Shown here: in pieces, positions 1 to 12,343 of the stretch
Position numbering within the stretch: position 1 is the first letter of the stretch
How the letters are laid out: each line of letters opens with the position of its first letter
From: Octopus sinensis
Taxonomy: Eukaryota
DNA: 64,000 bases
Direction of reading: 5' to 3'
NCBI RefSeq assembly: GCF_006345805.1
Contig: NC_042998.1
Span: 204,042,001-204,106,000, forward strand
Translations under genes and position numbers: made by a program
The notes under the pieces: generated by a model
The model's database searches: none
What the model was told of the DNA's origin: nothing
Seen by the model: the letters and a program-made list of their open reading frames with translations, nothing else

Positions 1-679
1 TGTCTGTTTAGGGTTACTTTTTTGAGACAACACCGCCCCCGATTTCTCTCTATGAAAACATTGCTCGTAACGTAGCTTCTTTAGGCTAACAGATCTGTAT
101 TCGTCTGTATTTTTTTTGTTGATAGATTTATTTCCAGGCATAGTTTTTTGTGGTGTTTTTCAACTTATGAATCGTTTACTATTTCTGTGTTGGTTCCAAA
201 AATTAAATTATTTTCTGTTTTTGCTTCGTTTGTGTCACGTGTTTTCATATGAGTGTTTGTGTGTCCTGTAAATTTCACGTGGTTGTGTAAACATCGGGTT
301 TGTACGTATAGTCCTATGGGTATCAAAATGTATATATCATTGGGTAGACATTCGAGTGTATGCATAATTACCCAATTTATATACTTACTGTTTTGTTCCA
401 TTTATATTTTATAATTTGTAAACATTTCGGTTTTCATTTCGCGTGTGTGTTTCGCAATTGTTTCACTGACACATCGTGCATAGGAGAAACTGTGCTTTGT
501 ATGGCAGTAAAATTTCGCTTTTGTGATTATTTTCGTTAAAAGACTGCTTGCTTCAAGTCATCCACAGGTTCCTTTATCCAATTCCACTGATGTTATTAGA
601 TTATATTTGCTTTTGAATGAAGGCCTGGTGTAGTGCATCCTTGGTGTTATTCAGCGGAGACCGGATTTATTATTATTAT

Positions 680-1478
680 TCTATGCTTGACTTTTGCTTT
701 GCATTTGTACAAGTTGGCTCCAAGTCTCACCCAGGGACCTCAAGAGACAAGTTAGAAGTTCATGTTGGTGTTATGCCTAGAGTGTCATATATTTGGTTTT
801 GTACATAGTATTGTTCTAGAGAATGTTTGATAAACCATAAGAAAATTGTTTGTTTTAAAACTTGAGATTTCATAAAAAGTTATTTGCGTAAGTATTTTTA
901 GAGATTCATTGTCACTGTTCAAAGTTAGTGTGGTTCGCCATGATTTCATACTGATAGACAAAAAGGTTCGCAGAGTAGGTGCTATTTTGTACATTTCCAG
1001 ACATTTCTTAATCCAGATATGTGGTAGGCTATCAAAAGTGTTTTTATAGTCTAACCAGGCTATTGACAAGTTTTTGTGTCGTTTGTGACAATCTTCTAAG
1101 ATCATCTCATTCATGAGTAGCTGATCTTTACAACCATAGGATCCACGTTTACATCCTTTTTGCTCATTAGGGAATATGCCACTTTCTATTAAACATCTAT
1201 AGGTATATTCAGTCAGAACAGATGTTAGCGTTTTATACAATGTTGTTAAGCAGGTTATGGGTCTATAGTTTTTTGGTTCATTTGTTTCTTCATTTTTCTG
1301 GAAGTAGGAATGTTACACCATTAACTAGCCAAGAGGGTATCATACTGGGATGTTGCAAAACATCGTTGTAAAATTCTGTTAGCAGTTTATGGCTCTCTGG
1401 AAAGGCATTCAACCAGAAGTTAGGAATTCTATCCTTTCCTGGAGACTTCCATTTGCTTGACCTCCTGAGAGCAGATCT
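680..1478 (-). mobile_element. R4/Dong-clade (RLE) non-LTR retrotransposon fragment: RT N-terminal part, internal deletion, 3' UTR; (TAA)n on both sides
   Basis: ORFs 1290-1496 (WKSPGKDRIPNFWL) and 785-1240 (EQKGCKRGSYGCKDQLL...LSIAWLDYKNTFDSLPHIWI) match R4/Dong RT motifs as I recall them. Flanked by (TTA)n on + at ~665-680 and ~1480-1555. Confidence 0.85.
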
Positions 1479-1492
1479 TATTATCATTATTA

Positions 1493-1530
<38 letters not shown>

Positions 1531-1555
1531 TATTATTATTATTATTATTATTATT

Positions 1556-1990
1556 GAGTTAGACAGCAGAGCATGCCATCAAAGTGACACTACCCATCTG
1601 ATAAGGGTACACCAGGCACATGCATCAAAACCATATGTGCGCAACATGGTGATCTCATATCAAGATAAACAGCACATGACCTTGCAGGTAGAGCCCAGTT
1701 AGAATTTTCTTCAGGTCGAGTAGCCCATTCCGCTCAAAATGTCCCTGAATAAGGATTACTTAAGGATGTTAAACGAAATATCCTTGTTTCCGGAGGTGAA
1801 TTATCCAAACTCCAAACTCCAAAGAATTCCTCTCGACACATGGTTATGATGCTCCCCCTCTACTTCTGCTCGTGATCAAAGATGCACATTAAGTCAGCCC
1901 CTAAGGGACATGCTCAACTGGTTAAGGTCAAACAACTGACAAGTAAATCTGTGGTATTGAGCAGAATATTTTCTGTAGGTCATCTTTTAT
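1556..1990. mobile_element. Non-coding ~530-bp interspersed repeat (copy 1, with deletions) embedded in (TTA)n
   Basis: Near-identical to 5525-6060 and 49800-50330 (gcatgccatcaaagtgacact...gagcagaatatt...catctttta). Confidence 0.85.
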
Positions 1991-2184
1991 TATTGCTATC
2001 ATTATTATTAGTATTAAAAACAGTTTAGTTCGATTCCATGCGATTTAAATTTTCCGTTAAGGGACCAGCAAAACTTTAAGTTGCAGGGAGCAGAATCAAG
2101 TTGCTTTAAGTAATAATGTAACTTCTACTAAATAGGTTCAATGCCCTTTTCGTTTCTTTGTCCATTCACCTGTATATGGTGGCG

Positions 2185-3150
2185 GCGGCGTTGTTGCTGT
2201 TGTTTTTTGGTGGTGGTGGTGGTGGTCGTCGTCGTCGTCGTGTTGGTGATGGTGATGGTGGTTGTGGTGGTGGCGTTGGCGGTGGTGGTAGTGGTGGGGT
2301 GTAGGGGTGGTAGTGATGGTGATGGTGTTGGTAGAGATGTTCGTGATGGTTGTGATGGTGATGGTGATGGTGGTGGTGGTGGTGATGGTGATGGTGGGTG
2401 GTGGTGGTGGTGGTGGTGGTGATGGCGGTGGCGGTGGTGGCGGTGGTGGTGGCGGTGGTGGGGGTGGAGGTAGTGGTGGGGGTGGGGTGGTAGTGATGGT
2501 GATGGTGGTGGTGATGGTGATGGTGTTGGTGGAGATGATCGTGATGGTTGTGATGGTGATGGCGGTGGCGGTGGTGATGGTGATGGTTGTGATGGTGATG
2601 GTGATGGTGGTGGTGGTGGTGATGGTGATGGTGATGGTGGTGGTGATGGTGATGGTTGTGATGGTGATGGTGGTGGTGGTGGTGATGATGATGGCGGTGG
2701 CGTTGGTGGCGGTGGTGGTGGTGGTAGTGGGAGGTAGTGATGGTGATGGTAGAGATGATCGTGATGGTTGTGATGGTGATGGTGATGGTGGTAGTGGTGG
2801 TGGTGGTGGTGGTGGTGATGGTGATGGTGATGGTGGTGGTGATGGTGATGGTGATGGTGGTGGTGATGGTGATGGTTGTGATGGTGATGGTGATGGTGGT
2901 GGTGGTGGTGATGGTGATGGCGGTGGCGTTGGTGGCGGTGGTGGTGGCGGTGGTGGTAGCGGTGATGGTGGTGGTAGTGGGGGGGGGGGTAGTGATGGTG
3001 ATGGTGATGGTGGTGCTGATGGTGGTGGTGATGGTGATGGTGATGGTGATGGTGGTGGTGATGGTGATGGTGGTGGTTTTGGTGGTGATGGTGATGGTAG
3101 TGATGATGGTGGTTTTGGTGGTGATGGTGATGTTTGTGGTGGTAGTGTTG
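2185..3150 (+). repeat. ~1-kb G-rich trinucleotide mosaic (GGT/GAT/GGC)n
   Basis: Direct reading. Stop-free in several frames, which explains the low-complexity ORFs 2138-3238, 2166-3188 and 2307-3191. Confidence 0.95.
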
Positions 3151-3592
3151 GTGCTGCCCTCTGCCGACAAATTCGTGTTTTCAGACACTGATATGTGACT
3201 ACTGATGTTTTGTTTGTTTTAGTTTTATTTTCTTCCATTTATTTTGTTTGTTTTTAAATTCGTTTTCGTGCTTTCGAAGAATTTACGTAATTTTTTTTTC
3301 GGGGTAATTTTATCCATTATCCCAAAACTCCCCCCCCCCTTTCTTCTTAGCATCTCCTCCAGCATCTCCTGTGTAAGAAGCTGGGTTGATAGAATGTAAA
3401 CAGCCGAAAAAAATGTATTTTTCGCAAAAACTAAAATAATTTCAAAAAAGTAGACATTTTGTCACCTCCAAGCATTTAGACAGACGACAACTTCCAGTGT
3501 TTCTGGCTTCCAAAATAATCCAAGAAGGAACAGGAATTTCAGTAAAAACTTTGGAGATTTTTGTACGTTCTTTTTTGTTCCAAGTAATATTA

Positions 3593-3665
3593 ATGAGAAG
3601 AAGAAGAAGAAGAAGAAGAAGAAAGAAGAAGAAGAAGAAGAAGAAGAAGAAGAAGAAGAAGAAGA
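3593..3665 (+). repeat. (GAA)n microsatellite
   Basis: Direct reading. Confidence 0.95.
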
Positions 3666-3888
3666 AAGGGAGGAGCAGGAGGTGAGGGAAGAGGAGTGGC
3701 AGCAGAATGAGGAAGAGGGGTAGAGTCAACAACAGCAGCAGGAGGATCAGGGAGACGATGAAGGAGAGGGGAAGAAGGGTGTATAAATATAAAGGGAGGT
3801 TAACGAAAATAAGGCTCCAGAGCATAATGGAACAAGCTGATTGCTACAAAATCCCGTTATCTGTAAAGCATAAACAGATACACACACA

Positions 3889-4195
3889 GCGGAGGCACAT
3901 GGCCTAGTGGTAAGAGCAGCGGACTCGCGGTCGAGGAAATTGCGGGTTCGAATCTCAGACCGGGCGATATGTGTGTTTATGAGCGAAAACACCTACGCTC
4001 CACGCGGCTCCGGCAGAAGGTAATGGTGAAACTTCTGCTGGCTCTTTCACCACAACTTTCTCTCAATCTTTCCTCCTGCATCTTGCAGCTCACCTGCGAC
4101 GGACAGGCGTCCCGTCCAGGTGGGGAACCTATACGCCAAGGAAACCGGGAAACCGGCCCTTATGAGCCTGGCATATGGCTCGAGAAAGAACAAAT
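3889..4195 (+). mobile_element. tRNA-derived SINE (family C', same head as family C, different 3' body)
   Basis: Head ggaggcacatggcctagtggtaagagcagcggactcgcggtc...gggttcgaatc has A-box/B-box-like motifs. Shares ~190 bp with 12972 and 62769, then diverges. Confidence 0.8.
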
Positions 4196-4211
4196 AACAC
4201 ACATGCATATA

Positions 4212-4680
4212 CGAGGTGGTAGCGAAAAGTTCTTTTACTAGTTATATTCAGTAAAAAAAAATAAGTTATTTACCTAAGTTTTAGCATCATCTCCTTCGAA
4301 ATAGAAACCTTGCGCAGCAATACATAGGTACTAGCGTTCCCGCCACTTTTGGGACCCGACCTTGAAGTCGATTTCCGTAAATGAGTGAAGGATCTTCTGC
4401 GATTCGCTCTTGATTTCGACAACGGTGTTCAAACGGTTACCTTTCAGCTGCATTTTCATCTTGGGGAAGAGATGAAGGTCCGCAGCGGCTAAATCTGACG
4501 GGTGCAGGAGCGATACCATGTTGAAATCTCGGTGACAGAGGGCATTATTGTCGTGAACAATCCAGTTCCACACGCTCCGCAGATCCGGTTGATTTCTCCG
4601 AATGTCCTCCCTCAAACATTCGTTGATTATTATCCAGCGATTTACGTCTGCCTTTAGTTGGTGCATCTTATTGCAAGTCA
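4212..4680 (-). mobile_element. mariner (DD34D) 3' fragment with terminal inverted repeat
   Basis: ORF 4331-4666 (WIVHDNNALCH...DLHLFPKMKMQLKG). TIR-like ta-cgaggtggtagcgaaaagtt at 4210. Same family as 55729-56858. Confidence 0.8.
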
Positions 4681-4714
4681 GCAGCTTACAGATTTTTCGG
4701 TCAATCTTCCTTAT

Positions 4715-5304
4715 TTCTTAAAGCGGCGAGCTGGCAGAAACGTTAGCACGCCGGACGAAATGCTTAGCGGTATTTCGTCTGCCGTTACGTTCTAAGTTCA
4801 TATTCCGCCGAGGTCGACTTTGCCTTTCATCCTTTCGGGGTCGATAAATTAAGTACCAGTTACGCACTGGGGTCGATGTATTCGACTTAATACCTATGTC
4901 TGTCCTTGTTTGTCCCCTCTGTGTTTAGCCCCTTGTGGGTAATAAAGAAATAGGTATTTCGTCTGCCGTAACGTTCTGAGTTCATATTCCGCCGAGGTCG
5001 ACTTTGCCTTTCATCCTTTCGGGGTCGATTAAATAAGTACCAGTTACGCACTTGGGTCGATATATCGACTTAATCCGTTTGTCTGTCCTTGTTTGTCCTC
5101 TCTGTGTTTAGCCCCTTGTGGGTAGAAAAGAAATAGGTATTTCGTCTATTTTTACGTTCTGAGTTCAAATTCCGCCGAGGTCGACTTTGTCTTTCATCCT
5201 TTTGGGGTCGATAAATTAAGTACCAGTTGCATACAGGGGTCGATTTAATCGATTGGCCCCCTCCCCCAAAATTTCGGGCCTTTGCCTAGCGTAGAAAAGA
5301 AAAG
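4715..5304 (+). mobile_element. tRNA-derived SINE family B, trimeric form (head + 2 x ~183-bp internal unit + 3' end)
   Basis: gtatttcgtct unit starts at 4770, 4954 and 5137. Duplication aatcttccttat at 4703-4714 and 5305-5316. Confidence 0.9.
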
Positions 5305-5344
5305 AATCTTCCTTATATCGCTCATATTCCAGTTCAATACATTG

Positions 5345-5524
5345 AATCTGTAAATAACAACCGTGACTGCTAAGGAATTTATTGCTAACACCTTTTTACT
5401 TGCATTTAACTCGGATTTTAGGACTGCTCAAACTCTCCTGTAACACTCCTTCATGATCATCTCACTCATGCTTGTATGCTGAATGCCAGAGTCCTCGTTT
5501 ATTCCGAGGTTTCGTAAGTTTGTT
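5345..5524 (-). pseudogene. R4/Dong-like RT fragment
   Basis: Minus strand reads NLGINEDSGIQHTSMSEMIMKECYRRV*AVLKSELNASKKVLAINSLAV, homologous to 49072-49620. Confidence 0.75.
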
Positions 5525-6060
5525 CCTCAAAGTGACACTGGGGTAAAATATACGAAGCCCAGTATACCCATCATGACAACCCGTCTGATAAGGGTGCACC
5601 AGGCACATGCATCACAACCATATGTGCATGACATGGTGATCTCATATCAAGATTAACAGCGCATGACCTTGCAGGTGGGGCCCAGTTAGAATTTTCTTCT
5701 AGTCGAGTAACCCATCCCGCTCAAAAGATCCCTGAATAAGGGTTGTTTAAGGATGTTGAAAGAACCATCCATGTTTCCAAAGGTGAATTATTCAAACCCC
5801 AAAGAATCACTCTCAACACATGGCTATGATGCTCCCCCACTACTTCTGCTCGTGATCAGAGATGCACATATCATCAGCCACTAAGGGACATGCTCAACTG
5901 GTTAAGGTAAAACAACTGACAAGCAAATCTGTGGTATTGAGCAGAATATTTGCTGTAGGCCATCTTTTATACCAAGACAAAACAATGTACATGATAACAC
6001 TTCCAACCAGTTAAGATCAAGAAGCCATGAGAGCCACTGCTTGGTACTACATCAGGGCTA
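5525..6060. mobile_element. Non-coding ~530-bp interspersed repeat (copy 2)
   Basis: Matches copies at 1556 and 49800; ends catcagggct followed by (TTA)n. Confidence 0.85.
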
Positions 6061-6181
6061 TTATTGTTATTATTATTATTATTAGAAGAAGAATTCTTGC
6101 AGTTCCAAGTAATGTTGATTTTTGTATAATAATTATTATTATTGTTATTGTTGTTGTTGTTGTTAGTAGTAGTAGTAGTAA

Positions 6182-6246
<65 letters not shown>

Positions 6247-6275
6247 TCATCATTATCATCATCATCATCATCATT
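6060..6275 (+). repeat. (TTA)/(TTG)/(TAG)/(TCA) trinucleotide run enclosing a ~35-bp Dong ORF C-terminal tip
   Basis: Minus strand 6094-6127 reads IQKSTLLGTARIL; compare IQKIALLGTAHIL at ~48320-48360. Confidence 0.7.
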
Positions 6276-6464
6276 CTCGTGAAAGCCCACCACTTTCATG
6301 TTTGTGGAAGCTAACAAAAGAATGACCTCTGCCCAGCTCCCTCCGCAGGAATTTCTAATTTTACGATATCAATTGATACCATTTTAATTCCTCAACCTAT
6401 TCTCAGTATTTCTGCTCCCAGTGCCAACTGGCTCTCCCTAACGCTTCCTATTTTCTCCACCCCC

Positions 6465-6478
6465 CTCTCTCTCTCTTC

Positions 6479-6515
<37 letters not shown>

Positions 6516-6720
6516 ACTCTCTCTCACTCTCTCTCACTCTCTCTCTCTCTCTCTCTCTCTCTGTATATATATGTGTGTGTGTGTGTTTGTATGTGTGTGT
6601 GTATATATATATATATATAGCCATATTTCCCCTCAACTCTCCCTCCATTCCCCCTCCCTCTCTCTCTCTCTCTCTCTCTGTATATATATATATATATAAT
6701 ATATATATATATACACTCAT
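6465..6720 (+). repeat. Compound (CT)n/(TG)n/(TA)n microsatellites
   Basis: Direct reading. Confidence 0.9.
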
Positions 6721-7269
6721 TTATATATCCATTTACTTCTCTCTCTTTCTCTACCTTGCTACCTAACCATCTCTCTTTTCCACTCCTTTAACAGCTGTTC
6801 ACACTATCGCCATTTTTGACTCTTCCTCAGAGTAAAAAATAAGAAGAGAGAAAATAAAGACCAGAAATGTTAAACAGAAATTTCTATTTGCTTCATCGAA
6901 TTTCTCAACGCATTGTCATTCTGTTTCTGCCCGAAATAAATGCAAATATACAAAGAACGCATATCCTCCACGTAGCGAACATTACTTCTCAGAATATGGC
7001 TTTTCTCTTCACAACCTCAAATCCACGCCTACAAAACTCGGGAACTATAATGGTATATGGGGCCCTCCATCATTCAAGACTGACCATTTATCGGTACATT
7101 TATGGATAGACCTGAGCAAGATTTTTGTGAGGAAGACTAGCAGGCACGGTATATAAAAGTCTATCTTCTCTTTGCACCACGGGTGTTTATAAAAGGGAAA
7201 TGCCAGAGATTGTGGCTGCTACAGGTTAACAGTAGAGTTCTCACAGGAACTGTGGTCAGACTACAAAGA

Positions 7270-7470
7270 GTTAAAACAAATAATACCACAAGGCGTCTTA
7301 CCTGATCCTTCTAACAGTTCTGCCAATCCATCACCCTGGAATCGAATTTCTTTTCATTTTTCGGCCCCAAAAAGATTAACGGCAAATTTGACATTGGCAG
7401 GATTTGAACTCAGATCACAATGAGTCAGAAACAAACACTATAAACGATTCTATCCAATGCTCTAACGAAC
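7270..7470 (-). mobile_element. Degenerate SINE family B-related copy
   Basis: ggatttgaactcag and cggccccaaaaagat resemble the reverse complement of the family B head and core. Confidence 0.5.
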
Positions 7471-7674
7471 CTGGCCAAAATCGTTCATTGAAGACGTCCA
7501 CCACTACTCTTCTTTCCCTTCTCGCACTTCTCCATCAGTTGCCGTACACACAGGCATACTGGAATGTGTCCCGGGAAATGCCTCTTGTTTGATTAACCTG
7601 ACGCCCCAACAAACTCATTCCAGTCTTGGGACCACAGATCTTCAGTGTCTTCTCACAGTCTTTTCTACCACTAC

Positions 7675-8200
<526 letters not shown>

Positions 8201-8694
8201 CGTGATGCTTATGTCTGTAAAATATACAGGTATTTGTGTGCCGACTCCATTCGCACACACAGCTCGCACTAATTACTCTCCTTTCATAACTAATTAAATT
8301 GATTGTTTATTATTCCGTTATCCCCATCATAATTATTTCGTGTGACTTCAATCAACATTATTCCCGCCAATACTTCCCCCCTTCATGTAACTCTTTCCCT
8401 GACTCCCTCTCCTCCTTCCCCACACACAAACCCAGTTCTTCATTTTCCTTCTTCTTTCTTCACCGCTGCTTATAATGCAATTATATATATATGGATACTA
8501 ATTGCTAGAAAATTCTGTTTCCGAGAAAACAACAGACATATAAGTGTTAATTTAAAACATTTCTTAAGATAGGATGTTAACAAAATGAAGTCGTATGAAT
8601 ATTCTTTCAAAATCTTTAGCTCGGAGACAGTCACATTTGATTGGTTAAATGGGCAAAGATGAGATGAAAGAAATGAAAAATTATTAATGGCATA

Positions 8695-9180
8695 AGCGCC
8701 TGCGTGGTTGTCAGGTAAGAAGCTTGCTTCCGAACCACACGGTTCCGGGTACAATTCCACTGCGTGACACCTTGGGTGGTTGTCTTCTATCATAGCCTCA
8801 AGACAACCAAAGACTTGTGAATGGATTTGGTAGGCAGAAACTAAAACTCGGAACGCAAGGTCGGACGAAATGCCGCTGAGCATTTTGTCCGGCATGCTAA
8901 CGCTTCTGTGCCAGCTCCCGCGGCCTTGCAAGATTACAACTACTGTTAATGGGTGCGTGATATATTTACTTCTAGCGTCTAAATGAGGCACGAGGCCAGT
9001 CATTTTGAGGGGAAGGGAATGGTTCCCATTTTTTCCCAGTACCCGGGTGGTTCCTTATTTTAACGATTCCCGCAAAGGATTAAAATAAAAGGATTTGAGC
9101 TCAGAATATAAAGAGTATAAAGAGGTGAGAGGGAGAGCCGGCAGGTATTTCACCCGATCCTCTGACAGGTCTGCAAATTT
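8695..9180. mobile_element. Degenerate SINE A 5' half (+, ~8695-8845) abutting a degenerate SINE B-like copy (-, ~8850-9180)
   Basis: gcttgcttccgaaccacacggttccggg...gatttggtaggcagaaact, then gcatgctaacgcttctg...ggatttgagctcagaat. Confidence 0.6.
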
Positions 9181-9189
9181 CAGAATTAG

Positions 9190-9191
9190 CA

Positions 9192-9252
<61 letters not shown>

Positions 9253-9258
9253 TATATA

Positions 9259-9346
<88 letters not shown>

Positions 9347-9360
9347 CTATGTGTGTTTGT

Positions 9361-9426
<66 letters not shown>

Positions 9427-9560
9427 TGTATGCATATAAATAAACATATATGTATATGCTTGTGTATATATATACACGCATGTACACACACCCATGCGCA
9501 TACACACACGCACAGACGCACTTGCAGACACTTACACATACACACGAATTCACGCGCCCG
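9190..9560 (+). repeat. (CA)/(TA)/(CATA)/(TG) microsatellite cluster
   Basis: Direct reading. Confidence 0.9.
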
Positions 9561-10212
9561 CGCGCACAGAGTTCTCCAAGACAATAAGTGGCAACGGGAA
9601 TAAAGCTGGAAGCCATTTTTCGTTCTGGGTAAGAATTGCGTTGATAAAAAGAATCTCTTTGATTGCGTATTCCTCTCTTTCTCATTGCCAGCTCTTTACC
9701 ATTTTTTCCTTATCAACTTCTCCATCTTCATTTATTATCGTCTGTTTTCTTTATTTCTTTCTTTTTCCATTTCTTTATCTCTTCTTATTTTTCTTATTTT
9801 ATTAATTTATCTCAAGAAAGAAAAGAAGAAGAAAAACATGTTTACCCTGCTTTCTCTTCTTCAATAAATCTTAAGTTTGAAAAGAAAGAAAAAGTGGAAT
9901 GAGATGGAATGATGGAAGAAGAGTCGGGTGGTGATTTCAAAACAACAAAAAAAAAAAAGAAAAAAAACAGAAAATGGAGTTATTCTATTTACTTCAAGCT
10001 AGTTTCGTGTTAAGCAGCAGAATCTTAGTCCTGAATCTGCTTCCAGCTTCTTTTCCTTCCATATCAAATAACTTTTCCATCTTATTCACGGCTCAGTGAA
10101 CGCAATTTTACTTGTGAGCGTTCTCAAACCAGGATACGGGGCTATGCCATACTTTGCTTCGACCGTCTTCGCTAACACTTTGTTTTTATATCATTCTTTT
10201 ATCCTGCGTTGT

Positions 10213-10375
10213 GGGCGCAGGAGTGGCTGTGTGGTAAGTAGCTTGCTAACCAACCACATGGTTCCGGGTTCAGTCCCACTGCGTGGCACCTTGGGCAAGT
10301 GTCTTCTACTATAGCCTCGAGCCGACCAAAGCCTCGTGAGTGGGTTTGGTAGACGGAAACTGAAAGAAGCCCGTC

Positions 10376-10431
<56 letters not shown>

Positions 10432-10659
10432 ATGTGTTTGTGTGTCTGTGTTTGTCCCCCTAGAATTGTTTGACAACTGATGCTGGTGTGTTTACGTCCC
10501 CGTCACTTAGCGGTTCGGCAAAAAAGACCGATAGAATAAGTACTGGGCTTACAAAGAATAAGTCCCGGGGTCGATTTGCTCGACTAAAGGCGGTGCTCCA
10601 GCATGGCCGCAGTCAAATAACTGAAGCAAGTAAAAAGAGTAAAAAGAGAATGCATTCTG
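10213..10659 (+). mobile_element. tRNA-derived SINE family A (CORE-like domain, internal (TA)n(TG)n)
   Basis: Head ggcgcaggagtggctgtgtggtaag...ggttccgggttcagtccc; CORE-like accttgggcaagtgtctt; 9-bp TSD ctgcgttgt at 10204-10212 and 10660-10668. Confidence 0.9.
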
Positions 10660-10689
10660 CTGCGTTGTATTGTGTTATAATTTCGGGTT

Positions 10690-11080
10690 ATTGTTCTGGA
10701 TCGTGGCTGTGTTGGGGGTCTCCCAACCACATGGACCCGAGTCCAGTCGGTTGTTACCTTGAGCAAGTGTCTTCTACTATAGCCTCGAGCAGACCAAAGC
10801 TTTATGAGTAGACAGAAACTGAAAAAAGCTTGTCGTATATAAGTGCGTGTGTGTGCACGCGCGTGTATGTGTGTGTGTGTACATGCATGCATGTGTGTGG
10901 ATGTGTGTGTGTTGCCTCCCCTCACTACCGCTTGACAAACGGTAGTTCGGCAAAAGAGATCGATAGAATAAGTACCTGGCTTAAAAAGAATAAGTCCTGA
11001 GGTGGATTCGTTCGACTAAAATTCTTCAAGGTGGTGCCCCAGCATGGCCGCAGTCCAATGACTGAAACTAGTTAAAAAGA
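10690..11080 (+). mobile_element. Degenerate SINE family A copy
   Basis: ttgagcaagtgtcttctactatagcctcg...gcatggccgcagtccaatgactgaaac. Confidence 0.8.
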
Positions 11081-11084
11081 TGCA

Positions 11085-12335
11085 TTCGGCTGGAAAGTCC
11101 TGTCGCGTTTTTGATTCGATCTCTTTGAAGGTACATTTTCAATACTTATGCTGAAATAAACATTCATTTTTACATTCTAATCTGTGTTTTTGTTTTATCT
11201 TTCTTTTTTTTTTTGTAGATTACTCAAAAATTCCATAATGGTTAAACTCGTATCGATTTTTGCCTTTCAAATGAGTTCTGATCAGATCCATACTAGACGC
11301 TGCCTGCTGTTTGAATTCAAAAACAGTTTTTCAGAAATGGAAACGGTAAGAAATATTCTTTTTGTCTCTGGAAATGAAGTGTTAAGTGTTCGGACAGGTC
11401 AACGAAGGTTTGAACAGTTTCACTCCGGAAATTTTTTTGTCGCAGATTCCCCTCGACCTAGACGACCAAGTTCTGTCATCATTGAGTTTCTAAAACGGCG
11501 GTGAGCTGGCAGAAACGTTAGCACGCCGGGCGAAATGCTAAGCAGTATTTCGTCTGCCGGTTACGTTCTGAGTTCAAATTCCGCTTAGGTCGACTGTGTC
11601 TTTAATCTTTTCGGGGTCGATAAATTAAGTACCAGTTACGCACTGGAGTCGATGTAATCGACTTAATCTGTTTGTCTGTCCTTCTTTGTCCTCTCTGTGT
11701 TTAGTCCCTTGTGGGTAGTAAAGAAATAGGTATTTCGTCTGCCGCTACGTTCTGAGTTCAAATTCCGCGAGGTCAACTTTGCCTTTCATCCTTTTGGGGT
11801 CGATTAAATAAGTACCAGTTACGCACTGGGGTCGATATAACCGACTTAATCCGTTTGTCTCTCCTTGTTTGTCCCCTCTATGTTTAGCCTCTTTTGGGTA
11901 ATAAAGAAATAGGTATTTCGTCTCTCTTTGTGTTCTGAGTTCAAATTCCGCCGAGGTCAACTTTGCCTTTCATCCGTTCGGAGTCGATAAATTAAGTACC
12001 AGTTGCGTACTGGAGTCGATCTAATCGACTGGCTCCCTCCCCAAAAATTTCGGGTTTTGTGCCTAGAGTAGAAAAGAATATTGAGTTTCTAAACGTCGTA
12101 GTTGAAGAGAATTAACAAAACACTTCCCTTCAAGTCACACTTTGCATCATTCGTCTGTCGCAAAGGGACGTTACTCGATATTCAAAACCGGATATTGCTC
12201 ATGGAAGTCTTGCTTCATCTTCTTTACTCTTCTGATTTTGTTCCATCTGACTCTCATCGTTTCAGATCGTTGCAAAATTATTTAGAAAGCAGTTTATTGC
12301 GAAGAGGTTAAGAATTATATTGAGTGTTCCAACAA
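11085..12335 (+). mobile_element. Decayed mariner element interrupted by SINE B (boundaries approximate)
   Basis: ORF 11184-11504 resembles a mariner HTH (LLFEFK...SVRTGQRRFEQFHSGNFFVADSPRPRRP). ORF 12102-12311 has LHLLYSSDFVPSDSHRFRSLQNYL, equivalent to HPPYSPDLAPSDYHLFRSL. Confidence 0.75.
11495..12080 (+). mobile_element. SINE family B, trimeric form
   Basis: Same head/unit/unit/tail layout as 4715-5304; 13-bp TSD ttgagtttctaaa at 11482-11494 and 12081-12093. Confidence 0.9.
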
Positions 12336-12343
12336 TTTCAACT

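Noticed and set aside
2138-3238. Pro-, Thr-, His-, Val- and Gly-rich ORFs as extensin/mucin genes
   Set aside because: All overlapping frames are open because of the trinucleotide repeat; no supported splice acceptor.
3442-3590. Possible further Dong 3' tip (LLGT...)
   Set aside because: Only four residues match; downstream sequence does not fit the other copies.
6005-6025. taagatca in the 530-bp repeat as a U2 snRNA match
   Set aside because: Only 8 nt of identity; no other U2 sequence nearby.
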